This document shows positions 41,701-54,799 of a DNA stretch of 64,000 nt, in pieces. The stretch is from Trichoplax adhaerens (Eukaryota; Animalia; Placozoa), in the NCBI RefSeq assembly GCF_000150275.1, contig NW_002060950.1:1910106-1974105 (forward strand), read 5' to 3'. The position numbers and the translations under genes were made by a program. Positions within the stretch are counted from its first letter, which is position 1. Each line of letters starts with the position of its first letter. A model generated the notes under the pieces. The model had not been told where the DNA came from, made no database searches, and worked only from the letters and a program-made list of their open reading frames with translations.

Positions 41701-42797
41701 GAAGCAATTTGCAGCTTCTTTTTTAACCAACTACGTAATGAGTAGACTATATACTGTAGTGAGATATTATATTATCTAATCCAAGCCATGCTACTGCAAT
41801 ACCATGTTTACTCTTAAGCCATATCACGTATTTTCGATTCCCACTAACTCTAAATAGTATTGTCCTGATCATTCCATTATTATTACTGTTATCATTATTT
41901 ATCGTTTTATCCTTTTTTTTTACATATGCATGGAAGTAATTGTTAGATCTAATTATAAGATGTCCAAATTAACTTTCGATCTTACTATTTAGTTATTTGT
42001 TGTTTATTTATTTCTTAAAAATGACTTATTGTATTATAGTTGTATGAGTACACCAATTGTATTATGATCTAATTAATTTTATGATTTTCATAGTGCTAAA
42101 TAGAAGTTTTAATTAATCGCTGACTGTGAATGAAAACAATCTTGGTTGTGTACAAGCGGAGCCATTCATTCATGACACATCATTGCTTTTAATTTCTACT
42201 TCCAACAAGGTCTATCTGGTGATAGATGAGACTCTATGAGGTAGATTGCATCATTACAAGCTTGGATCAAATTAATTATTACTTCTATTTTTAAACGTTA
42301 AATTGGCCAGACGTCGGTATTTAATCCAACAATTCTTTGCTAGAATTTCATTTTATTTAAAGTGAAGCAAAGTCAACTGGTAACCATTACTGCCACAAAG
42401 CAAATCTAGGGCTATTGGTAAAGAATGAAGCATATTTATGTTTTACAATGTATAGGTAGGTTCAAATTTCACTACGATTACTACATGTCCTGCAAGCTTT
42501 TTCTCTCTCTTTGCTCTCATATCCGGAATCTGAATACTTTACCCATGAGTATACTTTGCGTGTACAATGCTGTATACGCAAATTATAATCATTTTTCATA
42601 TCGAAATAGTCTTTCCTATGTGGATTTTAAATACCTCAATATCGTTAATCAAATTATTAATAAATGTTAGTGTTACGCGTTAATATAACACCTTAACAAA
42701 ATCCCATCCTTGATATTTTACTATACATGTCGATAAGATGATATTTACTTTTAATATCTTGATACATTTTTGCATTTAATATCTATCAACTTGTAGA

Positions 42798-42903
42798 TAT
42801 AAATACGTACAAGATTTTATGTTAAAGCATCATCCTAAATTTCGAAATCAGATACTTCAACTTAAAACTTAGTATTTGATAAATTAAACACAGAGCAGTC
42901 ATT
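42798..42903 (+). promoter_or_regulatory. Candidate TATA box and non-coding first exon of secreted gene A
   Basis: TATAAAT at 42798-42804 and a GTAAGT donor at 42904. A matching acceptor (cttacag, 43337) lies 10 nt before the ATG at 43347. Confidence 0.35.
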
Positions 42904-43346
42904 GTAAGTGTGAAATTACGGCAACAAGAGTAATTTAGATAAAAAAATGAGTTAGACAAGAATTATGGATGGTTTACGATCGTCCATTTTCAATAGCTAT
43001 TTTCTACGTCGTGTTATCAAATAGAATTTTAAGTTAGCATAAGGAATTATAGTTGCTCATAAGTAAGAAAGCCGCATTTAACTTAAATTACCATAGCATT
43101 AGTTTGAATGATAGTTTAATCTCTGATAGAATATGTTAACATTCAAAATAACGAATAAAAGCAATGTCGTTTAGTCTTCGTTTTGTCAAGTTCTGGTTTT
43201 ATTCAAATACAATGATACCTCTGTCTGGCTAAGCTTTGACATATTTATTATTTTACTGATAGAATGACTTGACCAAGCAAATTTAAGAATAGAAAATGTA
43301 ATGTTATCAAACACTTTAACGACTGTATTTCTTACAGCAGTCATCG

Positions 43347-45347
43347 ATGATCCAATTCTTAGCACTGCCTTTGCTACGAATTTCCTCTACTTTCGCCAGT
43401 ATGAGTTAATTTTTAAGTCAACTAGAAAGTAGTCCAGGCTAACTCTGTAAAATGCTAATCATGATTGTATTTAATCTATAGTTTCCGTGTTTAAATTGTA
43501 TAAATTTTTAGTTATTGTTTAGTATAATGTAGTTGGCAGGATAGGTTAGATTTCGATTTAATAACCTAAATTATAAGAGATATTTGCTTATAATGAAGCC
43601 GCAACCCAATTTTTGCTCAATCTTTGAATATGCTTAGAAAGGCTGTTTATTTATTATGACTTATCCATTTTCTATTTGTAGATTATAATGCAGTAATTTC
43701 TTATCTTGATAATCATTAATTATTACTTATCATAATTTTCTCCGGTATTAAAGCATTTTACTCCCATAGCTTGATGGGAATTAATTAGTATACCCATTGA
43801 AAATTAAATATTCCTTACTTTACTAGGCAAGGGATTTTTAATCTTTAACTCAATCTTAATGACAAGTGAATGAATTTAAAATTTATAATAAATAATTAAC
43901 GGATTTATTCTTCTCATTATTCATCTGTTCTTTTAAGCTATATTATCGTTGCTGCTATGGTGTAAAACCAATGGAGAACAAATATGCCATGATACTGTTT
44001 ATATAAGTGATGAACTTGCAAGGCCAAGATATTACTATCATGACCTTAGATTGATGATCGACTTAACTCGGCATACGCTTGATTGCATCAGTAAAATCGA
44101 AAGGAGAAATGATTTCAACCTACCACTTTGTTATGAATTTCAAATCCCAATTAGCGAGGATAATGAGGTATGCAATATTAATACTGTATTTTTTGATACA
44201 CATTAGTCAAAGTCAGTAATATTACTCCAAATGCAAAACAGAAAAGGATTTAATTCGTTAGAACTGTGATTTCATTAACATGTTATAATACGGTAAAACC
44301 AAAAAATTAATATTATCGTGAAAATAAATCTGACCGTTTTTGAGGACTCATTTCTAAATTGTATCATTTTTCTTTTTCTCTATCCATTTTTATGCTCGAA
44401 TGGCAATGATAAAACGTATTATGGATCGAACAATGTGATATTTAGCCCTTTACCATATTAAATAATTCTCTGTATTATGCACATATTATAACAAGCGCAA
44501 TGAATATCATGCTATACGATCAAGTTGAAGTAAATATTACTGATCATATCGGCCTGCACTGCAATAGATCCTTGCAACGGCTAATTGAAGACTCGATGGG
44601 GATAATAACCAATCTTGAGGAGCGAATAGTAAGCCAATGGGTTTAAATCTATTTCTATTTCATAAGTTTTAAGGCAGTAATCTTATTAACTTTTATTATC
44701 GATATGATAATCTATATCATAGTATGGCTAATGTATTATCGTTACCTCTAGAATTTGGCTACATATAAAACGGACGCTATTGATCGGATAGCTTGTAATA
44801 AAGCCTGCGAGGTAACTTTTAAAATTATTCTCTCCTATTCAGTTGGTAATTATCAAAGTAGAAGTAAAAAGGAGATAAAAATTAAGGAGTAGTGGCAAAT
44901 CGGTAACTAACAATTTAATTCAAATTCCTTTTCTAGTTGGTAACATCATGTAAACATCGCCATTGCCAAAGCAATTCCACTATCAAAACTCGGTCTTGTC
45001 ACATCAAATCCTGCCAAAATCGACTATGTAGACGTAACTTTGACCCCAGACCGCATAATAAGGACTGTAAAAAACAGCAAGATAATTGCCCAGGTTTAAT
45101 TTCAGATGGTATAAAGCATTGGCAAGTGGCATTTCAGTTATTTGATAAAGCGTTAAATTATATACTATCCAACATTGAGTTGCAACTATCAAGTTCAAAT
45201 TTGCAAGAATCTATGTTGGACTTAAAATTATACATCAAAGCTTACAAAGAAGATATCAACATTGCACTAGGAAACGATTTAGCTGAAAAAAGAGATAGCT
45301 CTCCTTCACTTAAAGAAATAATTCAACATTACGCCTTCAAACCATAA
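43347..45347 (+). CDS. Secreted helical protein A, putative long-chain four-helix cytokine-like (5 coding exons, 311 aa)
   Basis: join 43347-43398,43938-44167,44446-44628,44752-44811,44937-45347; all GT-AG, phases 1,0,0,0. Signal peptide MIQFLALPLLRISSTFATILSLLLWCKTNG. Amphipathic segments RYYYHDLRLMIDLTRHTLDCISKI, PFTILNNSLYYAHIITSAMNIMLYDQ, CNRSLQRLIEDSMGIITNLEERI and DGIKHWQVAFQLFDKALNYILSNI. Several N-glycosylation sequons. The gene is well supported; the family is inferred. Confidence 0.8.
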
Positions 45348-48300
45348 ATTATAACATTATTAATGTAGAATTGCGTGATGATGCTAGTTTCTACATTAGT
45401 CCCATAAAAGTAGTTTACTAAGGACATAATAAGAATTTTCCTTACATTGGTAGTCCTACAACTTCTTATCGTCATGTTTTCGTTGTATTATAATACAACG
45501 AGCTTACTGCTCAATTTTAGTCTAAGTCTTATTTTATTAATATTAATTAATACTATTTCAGTCAATACGTTGATAAAAATTATTAGTTATGTATCCGCTT
45601 TAAATCAAAGTATTATTTATTAGATTGAGATGATAGTTTTATGTACTAATTAACTGATAAATAGGTAAGATAAAATTAATTAATGGAAAAACAAAAATAA
45701 AAATAACTAAGGCGATATTTGTTATTTCGGTTGTATTATTTTTCCAAAGGAAAAAAGTATCATCGTATTGCATCATGCGATTAATTAGAGATAATTTCCC
45801 CATTTCGTTACATGGCAATGTAGGAAGGCATGGGGCATTTATAATAAATTGGGATATGTTCATCTTAGAGTCCAATGTACAATATAATTTTCTATTTGAT
45901 TCTTAAGTTATCAAAAGAGGAACATGGGGATTATTGTATTCATTACTTTCACCTAGATCTTTATTATTGGAATATAATCTAGAGTCTTCTCAAATTTTTA
46001 GTTCGGAAATCCTAGAGTAATAATAAGAACATAAATTAACTTAATCTCCTAGATCATGTGAGATCCGTTATTATACCAATTTAATAGATTATTGCATTCA
46101 GGTGTGTCTGGTGTCTACATATTTCAAGCGATATTGTTTATTGTATAGCACTTTACTTTAGAACAGTAAAATCTGTTTTTCGGGTATTTTGTCGTCACTG
46201 CTCTACGGTAAAAGTGCTGATTCCATTTACTATAATACTATGCTCCGAATTAAATGATTAAAAATAAGAGTATTACACTACAACTAAGAAAATCGCCAAA
46301 TTTGGCTCCTTTTGGAAGAGAGGAGTAAAATGATTGATAGTTAATCTTCCGTACTTGCTGAATTAAATATATATGCACTTTGTTCTTCGAAAACATTATT
46401 CATCTTATACACTATAGCTTATCTTATTAGTATTCATGGCTGTAAATTAATTAGAGCTCACATTGCTCATTTTATCGAAAACTTTGGAAGAAACTTTAAT
46501 ATTAATTTCTTTTGTCTGTTAGCATATTTAATAATTTCTACAATATCTCCTTAAAGTAATAAATAATAATTTTCAGGAGCATATGGATTTATTTTGGTTG
46601 ATTCATTGAAGGTCGTAGATATTGTAATAACTTCCTTCATTGTAAAAGCAATAGTGTAATAATCTTCTTAGTGGCTATTGTATTACTTACATTTTATATC
46701 AATTACTACCACATACCTGTCAACTACTGATCTTTAAGCCTTGATTCATGGTTATTTATTTGTATAAATAATCAACCAGAATTAGAATTATTGACTTCAC
46801 CAAAGAAAGGCTTAGTATTAACTTTACAACTAAATTTTAAGTATATTACTTTATAGCGTAATGTAATAAATATCATGATAGAACTTATTGTAAATTTGTG
46901 AAGTAATTAATCCAATAATCCCAATCCTGCTTCAATTTGAACACAAAATTAATTATTGTTGTTTTCGCACTATACCTTATGTTGTATTATGTAAAATATA
47001 TTAATGAAGCCTGCCGAGTGTCTAGCCTTAAGATACACTAAGGTTGAACTAAAATATGACAATTTAGCAACACAGAATCATGTACTACGAAACAAAAAAA
47101 ATTAATTAATATTCTGTATTAATTACTAGAATCATAAGATTAATCATTTCTATATGATGCTCATTATCAAATCTTAATGGTGTTATGTTCTTACAGCATT
47201 TTAAAGCCAATAATGGTATTTATTTGATTGATAAGAGCTGAATCTTTAATAACGTTAATGCGTTTTATGTTACATATAATTACATCCTATAATAACTATT
47301 GATTATTGTTAACTCTTATGAATTCAAGTTCGAACATTTTGTAGGATTCTATAATTTATCACCGTTCAAAGTGAGGTCTGTCTTCTATTAATGAGAAAGT
47401 AGGAATTGTAGCTGTTTCTATTAGATTTAAACATCTTAACACTTTAACATTGATAACTGGTACTTTAATAAAATCAATCAAAAGAAGAAATTGTTTGCAT
47501 TTATTTATTGCTTTTTATTTCGGGTTGTAGTCTCTTTTTTTTATTACTTTTACTTATACCACATGTAAACAATTAAACTAGGCAGATAGTGAAACGTAAT
47601 TTACTGATTTCTACTCTTGTCTGTATTAAGCTGCAATAATACTGCTGATTCAGTCCTGTCTTTTACTGTGTTTACACGATTTAAGCTCTGAGACGGAATC
47701 ATTCTTATGCCTTTGTTTCACGTTTCTTAGTAAAAAATATTTATTTATTGACAGTCGATAACAAATTCATAAATGATGCTTACGAGTTCTGTATGGCCTA
47801 AAATATTTTATGGTAACTCAGTAACGACACCCTAATTATTATTGCTTGATTAATAATAACTAGCCGAACTTGCGGGAATTCTATAGTATACTTTAATAGC
47901 TCGACATACGTACAACTGCATCAATATGAAATGATAATTATCAAAATTTGATAAATACGCTAAAATATTGCCGATATAATTTTTACTGTACCAAAATGCA
48001 TAGAAAATTGTGTAACTGAGCTAACTAAATATCTGAAAAGCGCAAGACTCGAATGTCTGAAGAAAGCAATGCACTAATATTGATTATATATATTAGTAAA
48101 GTACGCGTATTAGAAGATATGAAATATTCATACTCATATATTCATCATCTAATACGGGCTGCTTGAAAGATCTTGCTGCCAAGTCATTGTTTAATACAAA
48201 TTCCAGAAATAAATTGTATCTTTAAGATACACATAGTACAGAAAATTGAGTCTAAATTTCTAGAATACCTGTAAAATGACGCGAAGAAATAGTTTTCTTT

Positions 48301-49533
48301 ATTGTATGTATCATTAAGAAAATAGGAAATTACATTTTACGCTAATATTTGACGTATTCTTATATCTGCGAAGTACCATAATCGTTTCAAGCCCACCTTT
48401 AACAGTTCTTAGACTGTAAATTGTAATTTTAAGAAAAGCTTATCAAATTTTCAGATATGTTCGCATTCAATTCATCTTTGTTATTTCAACTGTAATAATC
48501 TAGAAAATTATTATTTAAATAAGGTTAACAACATCGATTAGCACAATATTTTATATTACAAATCCACAGTATGTCTGCATCTACACTAAACAATTACATA
48601 GGGTTGCCTAGCCAAAAAACGATCTCACTCAAGGAATGGGTACCAACTAGTTGAGATGTGAAAAACTATGCTTTAAACTACCCAATCCTTCTTCTTCTTC
48701 TATACAATAGGTATAGTTTAAGAACCCTAAATTTAAGAGCCTTTAATTTTGCTCCGTTCTGAATATCGATTTAATGAGTACATGAATTTATATAGAATTA
48801 TAGATATTTTGGTGTTAAAATATCCAGTTTCCTTATAATATTAAAATAACGCTGTATCCCTTTTAGAAGACTGGTCTAGCTATGTTTTAGAATTATGGTA
48901 AGAATTAGTATGACAAATATATGGCGAACATAAAATTATTATGATTGTACAGTCGTGATTATTGATAAATAGAGCCAGAATCTACGAATGGAATGATCGC
49001 TTAATCTAATTTGTATTGCCGTAATTTTAAACTATTATCAACCCAATTTCTCATCAAAGTGCGGCTTGTAAGTTACCCTACAATTACAGGTCGAGCTGAA
49101 TATTATTAACTGTAAAGCTAGTAAAATAGGCAAGAAGTTCTACTATAATTGTATCTACCATTATAACTTAGTACGGTAACCTGTGCCATTTGAACGTTTT
49201 AAAGTAAAGTTAATGCAGTGAGTGTGGCTAGCTGAGATTATCATTACCGGCGATAATAATGGCATCTAGTCATATTTTAGGCACTCTAATTTTGATATCA
49301 CTTTTATTTTCAGCATTCATTGAGATTAATGAGCATGTTATCCATTTATGTATCATTTAGATTAAATAAGATACAGGATCAAGGCTTCATTACTGAAAGC
49401 GAAGCTGTTATATTATAATAGTCAAAATTGATCTAAGATTGCGGTTAAATATTAAAGTTTTATCACCATAAACCTTCTTAATTAGTTACGTAACAGTTAT
49501 ACTTAACATCATCGCATTTTTAGCTTATGAAGT

Positions 49534-50166
49534 TGTCACAAAACAGCTTTGCAACAAGATAACGCAATATACGATCAATAAGTCAATTCCTTGAACCACG
49601 TATCAAGGAACGATATCTGCACTATCACAAACACTTTTGCTCTACTAGCAGACTACACAAAGACTTAAACGCCTCGTATTTTACGTTAAACACTAAGTTG
49701 GACAATTCTTCTTTATTTCACGATATACTGCATTTATATACTATTCCTCAATAGTTCATGAGTCATAGTTAATACAATTAACATTAGAATCATTTACTGA
49801 ATTAGATATTAATTTTAGCTACTGCTCCCTTAATGCAGACAACAGAATTTACGAACATAGACATGTAATGACTAATACAGAATAGTCAGATTACGATATG
49901 TCCTATCACGGAACATTTCTATGATAATTTACAATCTACCATAAGTAAATTACAATCACAATGATTCGAACTGTAAGCAGATGATTTGCATTCCCTATTA
50001 TAACTATTATAATTTCAGTATGTGTATAAGTGTCACTGTCATAAAAAGTCAGTGCTATATTAAAATACAGTATATCCAAATTAGAAGTTAACTAAGTAAG
50101 GATAGTCTAACAGAATTATCCTAACATAGATATTTCTACTGTAATACAGTGTATAACACTGTAACA
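49534..50166. mobile_element. Solo LTR (633 bp), TGT...ACA, perfect 5-bp TSD GAAGT
   Basis: Starts TGTCACAAAAC, ends ACACTGTAACA. GAAGT at 49529-49533 and 50167-50171. A close copy lies at 59879-60507. Confidence 0.85.
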
Positions 50167-50541
50167 GAAGTAAAGAATACAATACCTTATTGCTAGACTA
50201 TAATACTTTACAAATAAGCTTGTGCGAGAAATTAATATAACCAATTTTTCCATTAGTTTGATGCTTGAGCACAACTAAATAATTTGTGTGCACTTACGTG
50301 TTCATTAATATAATATGTACTTATATTTATTTTACGAGATATGTGCATATCCTTTATATATAACTTTTACATGTTGGCCAGAATTAATATAATATTAGGC
50401 TGAAAGATAGATAGAGATAACCTTGCATATAATTTAGAATAATATTAATTTAGTTATTAGATTAGAATTACATTAATTCCGTTCGTTTATAACTTCAGCT
50501 CATTAACTTCAGACGGTCTAATTAGTAACTATGATAATCGA

Positions 50542-50903
50542 CTAATCTCGTAATTCTTTATTCTCAAATGTGTCTTTCATATCGTCGATGAATCTGGTAA
50601 AGGTGGTATAGGCTGAATAATATCTTAAACTTCTAAACAGCAATTCAATGTTGACATCAAAGCTGGCCAATAAGCTTAACCTTCTATTTATAGCGTCTTG
50701 CTGTACTGCACTTCCTTTCATTTGACATTCATCGATAATCTATTGAAAATAAGTTATAATATAAGTTATATAGGAATTAAATTTGCTTTTGTTATTCGCT
50801 ATGATTATGTATTTAATTTAAAATTACTTGATAAAGTGAATAATAACAGAAGACTGATCAGGATAGAAATATTGCTAAATTTATTCAAAGAAACTCTTTC
50901 CAT
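50542..50903 (-). pseudogene. Possible truncated third paralog (C) or 48-aa secreted peptide
   Basis: Exon 50828-50903 gives signal-like MERVSLNKFSNISILISLLLLFTLS with a phase-1 GT donor. Exon 50542-50612 gives TYTTFTRFIDDMKDTFENKELRD*, which resembles helix A of gene B (RYLVDIGRLLE). Confidence 0.3.
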
Positions 50904-52143
50904 TTTCCGGATAATCACGAGAATCAGTTTCAGCCCGTAGTTGTTTACTTTCATAAATTTAGCTAATTATAGTATTTCTACCCTGATTTTAAGCCAAAGT
51001 TCGCTATCGTTAGTTATAATTGGATATCAACAAGGTAAATTTTACATTCAAATATTTGGATTAGTTACTAATACTGGCTGTTTGTATGAAATTGTGTAGT
51101 ACCTTACTTTCATTACTAGGTTAGTGATAACATGGCTCTAGCGTATGAAATGTATGAATCGGACTTTTAAAACTTTGTGCAATTCTAACGGTCAAAGTCT
51201 ATCGGTCCATCATCAGAATTTAATGTATCATTTAATAAAATAAGTATTTAAATACATTCATCAATACTAAATTATGGATCCTGTGTATTAACCAATTTTA
51301 AATGTAAAAGAATTAATTTTATATGGTTTATCTTCTTTTCACATAAGGTAATATACTTACCTTTTTATAATTATTGTTATAAAATATATCAAACGTTGAA
51401 ATTCTATGGAAGTTTGTGAGGTTGACCTGATTGATATTAATAATGATTAATTAGAATGATTAATACAATAAACATTGAGCACTATTTTCAGAATAAAAAA
51501 AATTAATAGCTTCAATTACCTTGTGGGATTCCTAGCCTAAGTAATATTACTGTATTGCTAAGCTTTATAAAACAAGTACTGATGTAGTAAGACTAAATTT
51601 TAAAACTTATTTAAAGGTTGAGAATATGTTGGCATGTACGATTAACAGAAGTTATTATAAGTAATTTAATGTAGTTAGTATAGGTTTACTCTGCCCAAAA
51701 GTCAGATTTGATATTAGTCAGTAGTAACGAAGACATCATCATGCAACAATATTACCATGGTAGGAGGCATTTGTAGCAGATTATAATTAGCAAGAACCTA
51801 CTAGACATTTTAGACAGAAGTTCTAACTATAAATGTAAGATAATGTACATATGCATGTAAAGCATACGATTATTGATTAATTAACTAACGACAAATACTA
51901 ATATACTGCTTGATTATATTCTGATAAACATATAAAATTAATTTCACTACTTCATGAGCGAAAATAACTATTGATTTTGTCAAAGTTTAATTATTTTGCT
52001 GTTCTGATTTTAAATCAATGCAGTAAAATTTATTTCAGCACGTATGACTTGAAGAAGTAAGGATAATTTAATAAGTGTGATCTTCGTATAGAGATTATTA
52101 GCTTTATTTATTATAATACTTGTATAGCGGCGGGAGATTAACA

Positions 52144-54799
52144 TTATATTAAGGTTTTAATTCTAATTCGATTGATTTGAATAGCAACATTAATTGGATA
52201 ATTTAATAAAAGAAAATTGACGATTACTAAATACATTTTTAAAGCAATTGTAAAGACGTACTTTAATCCGTCATAAATTTTGTTTGTTGTATTGTATGTA
52301 TTGCGTAGTTTATAATTGCGTTTCTTTCTATCTAGACGTTGATGTAAATTAATATTGAACCGAAAATTCATAAAGAGAAATTAATTTTCTTCATGCTATT
52401 TCCATATTCGGTTCTTCCTAATTAAGCTATTTATATACCCTCATTTGGCATAACAGTGAATTGACTACCACTAATTCGTTTAACTATGTTATTGCATGTA
52501 ATTTCTTCTATTTGAAATAACAACTTCAAATAAAGAGCTACATGTATACTAGATATATCAGCAGGATAAGAAATTACACCAACCTACAATGCAGTTCTTT
52601 TACGTCAATTACGTAAGAACTTAGACAAAGAAATCCTTGATTTCTTCCATTCTGTAGTAAAATCATTATACTATTACTATAATTGCAATCTATAACTTAA
52701 ACAGACTCAGACTTTCTTTCTGTAGAAATTTTATGTACGGCATTTTTTCTAAGGGTTGAATAATGGTTTGATGAAAAGTACGGTGATTGTTTAAATTAAA
52801 ATATCGTGATGAAATATAATAAATATTTAAAAACTGGTAATAGGAGACATAAGGTAAAGGATTTTGAAGTCTCAGTGGCCGTACTTGAAATATTAAAATA
52901 AATTAACTAATTATAACGACCCAAATTAAATCACAATAGTATTTTCTAGTCTATTCAATAAATAATATTTAAGCATAGCGGATACCATTATTAAAGCTAG
53001 TTTTGTATGAACTGTATATAATTTGATAATGCAAATTCATCTAACATATGATAATGAAACAGTACCGCTTCTAGAACCTAATATAATAGTTTCTATTACA
53101 TCAGTAGACGAATATACCTTAGAAATAACTTCCAGGCCTAACTGTAATACATTATTGTGGTCATATATCATTAGTTAAGGGGAATTCCACAATGTATGGT
53201 TATAAATATTAATTGATCCGTTAATTAGCTGTGCAGAGTGAAAATTCGTTATCTTTCTTGGCTATTTTTAAGTCAATATTTTATCATGCCCAATAGATGA
53301 TCATTTAATAATAAAGGTGATGATGAGGCGATTGGTATTTATTATAATTATAAATTAACTTACAAAGTCTGCTATATTCAGTATGGCATTAATGATATGA
53401 TCGCGTGTGTCGTTTGATAGATGACAGTTTCTGTTTTGAATTTCATAATATCCCCTTAGTTCGTCTATACCTTGATTCAAGGCTTGTACTTGATACATTA
53501 ACGTGTGTAGTATGCTGAACGGCTAAAAATAAGGCATCAAGTATAGAGATATTATTTAATAAATTGAGAATAATCAATTTTATCTAAATCAATTATAATT
53601 ATCATTCCTACAATTAAGATATAATCTTTGAATAGATTCATTTAAACTAACGTATCATAAAGTCATTTTACATTTTAGATAGGTAATAAAAAGAAAGCAA
53701 TAACTAAATATGTCAACTTTAGATGTTAAAACTTATGAATCACAAACTAATTTCGGTGATATTCTTGGCAAATAGATGATTGCGTAAGAAACATTCATCG
53801 GTACTGCAATTAAATATTTACTTTTAATTGATTGCTTATTTACCTCGTCTTTAAGGGCAATATCTACATAAAGCAAGCTGCAAATCTGATTATTGCTAGC
53901 TAATAATTTATTGGCGTCATAAGCTTTCAGGCAAGTTGCATATTGCTTAATATCTTTTGATGATGCCTCCAATAAGCGTCCAATATCTACTAAATACCTC
54001 GATAAGGCTTCATCAGACGTAAAATGGAACGATGATAGACTCATAGCTATTGACGTAAGTGCTGAAATAATTGTTTGTAATCTTTTAGTGCTCAATATAA
54101 AAGAAGTCTCGAATCAGATAACATTATCCGAGCATCACCATCGTTATTGGTGCGATCGATATGGTGATACGAGATTAATAAATCTCTAATTATATCCTAA
54201 TTATTGAATAGTACTTCGGAAACTTATCCTGAATTCATTATTGATAGAATATAACTAGAATATTATCAAAGTAATGGTAGAATTGATCTTCTTTGAAATA
54301 ATACATAGCTAACAGATGCCAATAATGAAATTCTCATAGATTAACAATGACTTCATTGCATTGATTATGTCGATTTTAATGACCATAAAATAGCTTGTAA
54401 TCGTTCAAGCTTAGTCAGGCGTATTATAGCTACAATATTAAGTTAGAATGTTACTTTTGATTGATAGTATTATTAAGTTGATCAAATGAGATTTTTAATT
54501 GTACTTTCTAAAATTTAGAAGAATGTAATGTAAATACTGTTAAATACCAATAATACTTAATAAAATAATTTTTACAATTCATAAATTTACTACCTAAAAA
54601 CTTCCTTCAGAATAAAATTAAAAAATAAAGATATCTATATATTATTTTAGTTGAAGATAGATCGATAGATAGATAGATAGATAGGTAAAAAATTTATCTA
54701 AATTCGTAATTAGTAAAAAAATTATTACAGATTATTTTCATTATCGTTCTTACTTAAGTAAATGATGGCTTGATACTTGATATATTTCATATTGCTCAT
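52144..54799 (-). CDS. Secreted helical protein B, paralog of A (~232 aa)
   Basis: complement join 54754-54799,53844-54061,53364-53522,(53118-53141),(52584-52651),52144-52327 = 699 nt in frame. Signal MSNMKYIKYQAIIYLTLTSIAMS. Exon 2 ends ICSLLYVDIALKDE (A: LCYEFQIPISEDNE). Exon 3 starts PFSIL (A: PFTIL). The last exon has DGLKYVFTIALKMYLVIVNFLLLN (A: DGIKHWQVAFQLFDKALNYILSN). The two exons in brackets are tentative. Confidence 0.72.
54656..54684. repeat. (GATA)n microsatellite in intron 1 of gene B
   Basis: gatagatcgatagatagatagatagatag. Confidence 0.8.

Noticed and set aside
26733-42670. Short 60-80 aa ORFs in the ORF track (26733, 26942, 30228, 33266, 42425)
   Set aside because: Composition is typical of random AT-rich sequence, with no splice-consistent extension or motifs.
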